Assembly (NCBI RefSeq): GCF_001194135.2
Contig: NC_068981.1
Location: 101,229,104-101,263,540 of the forward strand
Direction of reading: 5' to 3'
DNA: 34,437 nt
Source: Octopus bimaculoides
Lineage: Eukaryota
In this document: positions 30,225 to 34,437 of the stretch, one piece after another
Layout: each line of letters opens with the position of its first letter
Position numbering within the stretch: the stretch's first letter is position 1
Made by a program: the position numbers and the translations under genes
The notes under the pieces: generated by a model
What the model was told of the DNA's origin: nothing
Database searches by the model: none
Seen by the model: only the letters and a program-made list of their open reading frames with translations

Positions 30225-30804
30225 TAAAAATAAAATTACACCCCTACTGCTTGGAAATGGACACATCAGATAATATCGTCCAGAGTCTCCTGTACATAGG
30301 AAAAGATGGGAGGGATGATCACGGTTGGAGTGTCTTAGATCATAGGATTACCCGATTAGGGTTGACCTGGAGCTAAACAACTACGGAGCTAATGACAAAC
30401 GAATGGCGGTTCCTTTACGTGGCAGTTCGATCTTCTAGAAATAACAAACAAATTTTCTTCAAATCATACCCTACTTTTATAAAAGAAGTGCCAATTGGAT
30501 AGAGTAATTCGGTGCAAACTATGTCAATGACAAAAAAGAGACGAGTTAGTCAAGGCTGGAAAGTCTTTGATAGGTTAACTCAATCAGGGCTAACTTAGGA
30601 CAAAACAACTACAACTACTGAACGAAAAATAGCAATCAGATCTCTCTCACATTATATCTCACCGTCTTCAAACGGTGGGAGGTACATTGGATAATGTAGT
30701 CCTAGATACGCAATTCTCGAATGAAGGATGGGATGGTTATAGCTAGAAACGTGTTTGATCATAGGTCAACTCAGTCAAAGTCATCTAAGATTAAACAAAA
30801 CAAC
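30225..30804 (+). mobile_element. Three consecutive diverged family D copies
   Basis: About 30225-30384, 30411-30618 and 30627-30804, each ending ...GATCATAGG...CAGGGCTRACC...AAACAAC. Confidence 0.65.
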
Positions 30805-30899
30805 CCATGCCTGGAAGGAAAGAAGAATAGAACACCAAAATATTAGTGTTATCAATATAACAGTTAAGAACACTTCGTAGTTACGAACAAAACATCTAT

Positions 30900-31380
30900 A
30901 TCTCGGATAGCATTCTCCAATTATTCATAGGAATAGGCTTCAAAACGAAACTGAAGTTGTTCAAGACATTGGTCCGACCAGTATTATTCAATGGATGTGA
31001 AAACTGGTAAGTCACAAAATGGTAGAAAAATACAACGGACAGCTTCCAATTCACATGATAAGGAGAATACTCGACATCAAGTGATTGCAGAGTCTGAAAT
31101 GACATAATTGAGACGATAACGGGCGTCAACAGTGACAAAATAAGACGCAGAAGCTGGAACTGGATCGGAGATCGAGAAAGCGATAGTATGGTGGCACTAA
31201 AGTGGAAGCCTGAAGAGAAAAGAGCAGCAGGGCGCCTAAAACCACATGACGAGGGACCATTGAAAGGGAGAAGGGGACGAAAAGAGTGAAGAAGCTGGAA
31301 TGAGACCAAAACAGTGGCAGAAAGCAGAGCTGGTTGGAGAGATCGTGTTGCGGCCTTATGTGCATGGAGAGAACTAACTA
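30900..31380 (+). mobile_element. RTE-like LINE ORF2 3' end, decayed
   Basis: Across stops and frameshifts: IGFKTKLKLFKTLVRPVLFNGCENW...DSFQ...RRILDIK...IRRRSWNWIG...VALKWKPEEKR..GR-KTT*RGTIERE...WNETKTVAESRAGWRDRVAALCA. Confidence 0.8.
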
Positions 31381-31384
31381 ATTT

Positions 31385-31485
31385 CGCAGTTACGAGGTCC
31401 CGGGTTCGATCCTACTGTGTCATTTTTTATAACCTCTCGTGAGTGAAATTGGGTAGCCACCAGAAACTGTATATGAACCCGTCGG
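31385..31485 (+). mobile_element. Diverged family C-type head fragment
   Basis: CCGGGTTCGATCCTACTG B box, then GAGTGAAATTGGGTAG...GAAACTG...AACCCGTCG. Confidence 0.5.
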
Positions 31486-32059
31486 ATGGATTATACCTGT
31501 AACTCAAAAGGTACACTCGTATGGCCCGTCACATGTATATCAGTTCAGATGCAAGTTACTCAGTTGGTCGAACGACGGATATCCACACGACCACCGAACG
31601 TAAAGATCCTCTTTGAAAAATTCCTAATAATTTCCGATGTTTCTCTTGCGTACCAATGCCATCTCTCATCTCTTATCGGCAGTCGTGGGCAAACTGTTGG
31701 CAGCAGGACTTTCTGAATTACACACCTAATGAAAAATTACCTTGAATTTTTTTAACTGTGTTGCCCACCTCATAAAGAGCCGTGTTGCATGCGGGTTGAT
31801 CTACACATAGAAAGACTATGCCTGATCTACACGTAGAAAATTCCTCATCTATATCTGCCTTTTCTTTTACTTATTTATTGAAAGACTAGCAATCGTCCGT
31901 AGCTGCAAGTCTTCCCTCTGCATGTCACCGATGTGTTTCAGGAGAGAAGGAGAAAATAAGGCGATACGGCTTGCTATCAATATGACCGCAGGTTTAGGCC
32001 TCAGAACGGAGAGAGCTAGAAGAGATAATACAAGGCATCAAACCGGTGGACGCTCTCAA

Positions 32060-32185
32060 AGGGTACTTTTTTTTATCGATCCCGAAAGAATGAAAGACAA
32101 AGTTGACCTCAGCGGTTTTTGAACTCAGATCGCAGAAAGCCAGAAGAAATATATTAGGACATTCTATCCAACGTTTTAACGATTC

Positions 32186-32191
<6 letters not shown>
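32060..32191 (-). mobile_element. Family B SINE 5' part
   Basis: TTTATCGATCCCGAAAGAATGAAAGACAAAGTTGACCTC...TTGAACTCAG...TAACGATTCTGCCA. Confidence 0.75.
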
Positions 32192-32227
<36 letters not shown>

Positions 32228-32396
32228 NNNNNNNNNNNNNNNNNNNNNNNNNNNNNNNNNNNNNNNNNNNNNNNNNNNNNNNNNNNNNNNNNNNNNNNNN
32301 NNNNNNNNNNNNNNNNNNNNNNNNNNNNNNNNNNNNNNNNNNNNNNNNNNNNNNNNNNNNNNNNNNNNNNNNNNNNNNNNNNNNNNNNNNNNNNNN
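32228..32396. other. Assembly gap (N run)
   Basis: 169 N. Confidence 1.
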
Positions 32397-32828
32397 TATA
32401 TATATATATATATTCCTCTCTCCTTCTCTCTTTCTCTCTCTCTCTCACACACATACACTCATACACACGTGCACACACGCGCGCATACAAGCACACACAT
32501 ACACATTCAAACTCACGCGTGCAGACACACACCTACACATATATATGTAAATATATATATACATACATACGCATACACATATACGCACATATGTATATAT
32601 ATGCATATATATATGTATGTATGCATGCATGTATGTATATGTATCGTATGTCTATATATGCATTAAGCACGCAAAATTTTTGATGGGGATGCCAAAAAAG
32701 CAACATTATAAATATCCATGACCCTACAGATATTCAACTCGTAACAGGATTTTTCAAACTAAGACTTGTTAGCCCCTCAAGAGTATTTAAACGAAAGAGA
32801 TAATAAATCTTCGCTACCTGAAAGAACA

Positions 32829-32981
32829 TATGTCCACCAATCATGTAATAAACGTTATCTTTCTAATAGTGCTCTAAAGAGACACATTCATGCAAACAAT
32901 GTCACGCAACGTCAAGATTCTGCATTGCGTTTAACTGAGAAGAGATTTGTATGCAATAGTTGTGGTAAAAGCAGCAGATCG
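32829..32981 (+). pseudogene. Degenerate C2H2-like zinc-finger fragments (ZNF pseudogene piece or LINE C-terminal fingers)
   Basis: YVHQSCNKRYLSNSALKRHIHAN (first Cys and last His substituted) and FVCNSCGKSSRS, cut by (CA)n. Confidence 0.5.
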
Positions 32982-32990
32982 TCAATTCAC

Positions 32991-33025
<35 letters not shown>

Positions 33026-33066
33026 CATACACACACATAGACACACACATATATATACTTAGTAAG

Positions 33067-33325
33067 CGGAAACTGAAAGAAGCCCGTTGTATATGTATAT
33101 ACGTATGTGTGTATATGTTTGTGTTACTGTGTTTGTTCGCCCTCACCCAACATCGCTTGACAACCGATTGCTGGTGTGTTTACGTCCCTGTAACGTAGCG
33201 GTTCGGCAAAAGAGACCGATAAAATAAGTATAGGCGTACAAAGGATAAGTCCTGGGGTCGGTTTGCTCGACTACAGGCGGTGCCCCAGCATGGCCGCAGT
33301 CAAATGACTGAAGCAAGTAAAGGAA
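33067..33325 (+). mobile_element. Family C SINE, 5'-truncated
   Basis: CGGAAACTGAAAGAAGCCCG...CATCGCTTGACAACCG...GCAGTCAAATGACTGAAGCAAGTAAA. Confidence 0.88.
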
Positions 33326-33374
33326 ACAATATATATATATATATATATATACATACATATATATATGTATATAT

Positions 33375-33617
33375 NNNNNNNNNNNNNNNNNNNNNNNNNN
33401 NNNNNNNNNNNNNNNNNNNNNNNNNNNNNNNNNNNNNNNNNNNNNNNNNNNNNNNNNNNNNNNNNNNNNNNNNNNNNNNNNNNNNNNNNNNNNNNNNNNN
33501 NNNNNNNNNNNNNNNNNNNNNNNNNNNNNNNNNNNNNNNNNNNNNNNNNNNNNNNNNNNNNNNNNNNNNNNNNNNNNNNNNNNNNNNNNNNNNNNNNNNN
33601 NNNNNNNNNNNNNNNNN
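33375..33617. other. Assembly gap (N run)
   Basis: 243 N. Confidence 1.
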
Positions 33618-33949
33618 AAAAACACCCTCTCCGCAATATATTTCTCTTCAACTCCCTGAATATGACAGATTATCCTTTAGGGTATAATCACTTACTTTTT
33701 GTATAGGTTACATCTATATTTTACTTCTTTTTTTTTTCTTATTTTATTCCGGGGTTTTTTTTTTTTCACATTTTTTAATATTTTTTTTTATTTTAATATC
33801 TAAGTTTGGAGATAATCTTGTTGCGGATGTTGTTAAAGTCGTTCATTTTGTTGTTGACATTGTTGTCAAGATTTCCGTGTATTCCAGTGATCCTAACTAT
33901 GAGAGGAGGTGGCTGCGAGGATTGGAAAAGAGAACGGACCTATGGCCAT

Positions 33950-34245
33950 CTTATACTTGTTTCAGTCATTGGACTGCGGCCATGTTGGAGCCCTGTTCTG
34001 AAGTGACTTAGTTCAACAAATCGACCCCAGTACATATTTTTGATTCTGGTATGGTACTTATTCGATTGGTCTCTTTTGCTAAAACGCTATATTACGGAGA
34101 CGTAAATAAACCAACACCGATTTTCAAGAGGGGTTGGGGGACAAACACAACACAAATACACACTCACACACATACATACATATACACACTCACATACATA
34201 CATACATATATATATATATGCGACATGTTTCTTCACCGAGCCTAC
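33950..34245 (-). mobile_element. Family C SINE 3' part, diverged
   Basis: TACTTGTTTCAGTCATTGGACTGCGGCCATG...AAATCGACCCCAG...GGGGACAAACAC. Confidence 0.8.
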
Positions 34246-34254
34246 ACACAAAGA

Positions 34255-34334
34255 GTCAGCCCTTGGGTCAGCCCTTGGGTCAGCCCTTGGGTCAGCCCTT
34301 GGGTCAGCCCTTGGGTCAGCCCTTGGGTCAGCCC
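34255..34334. repeat. Perfect GC-rich 12-bp tandem repeat (GTCAGCCCTTGG) x6.7
   Basis: Six exact units plus GTCAGCCC. Confidence 0.97.
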
Positions 34335-34437
34335 GGGGCTCTAATAGAGGACGCTTACACAAGATGCCGTGCAAGCTTCTTAACACAGTCGTTTCTGTTT
34401 AATAAAATTAAGATTTTAAAAACATTTTTTTAACTAA

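Noticed and set aside
31340-31380. RTE-like LINE as the mobilising partner of SINE families A-D
   Set aside because: Its 3' end shows no visible similarity to any of the SINE tails in this window.
31797-31839. 17-bp direct repeat TGATCTACACRTAGAAA, 26 bp apart
   Set aside because: A simple local duplication with no associated structure.

Overview
Repeat-dense eukaryotic DNA (AT-rich, 8 N-gaps mostly next to microsatellites). The SINE types and microsatellite load suggest a coleoid cephalopod, probably Octopus (inference). The only convincing host gene is a Snail-family C2H2 transcription factor (5631-6863, +, five fingers). It follows a splice acceptor and has no SNAG motif in this window. 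The rest is mobile-element debris: three tRNA-headed SINE-like families and one unclassified (CAA)n-tailed family (working labels A-D), several with clean target-site duplications. Also present: three different Tc1/mariner-superfamily transposase relics (one a TIR-bounded DD37E/TRT-like deletion derivative), a MITE, an RTE-like LINE 3' end, and Penelope-like elements (PLEs). The most notable structure is 12815-14405: two ~420-bp PLE 3' ends in inverted orientation around a Pro/Thr-rich open spacer. Each arm ends in a type I hammerhead ribozyme motif; the left one looks catalytically complete and the right one has G12C. More decayed hammerhead-like cores lie nearby. All alignments were done by eye, so family names are provisional. 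Almost all other listed ORFs are microsatellite, SINE or N-gap artefacts.
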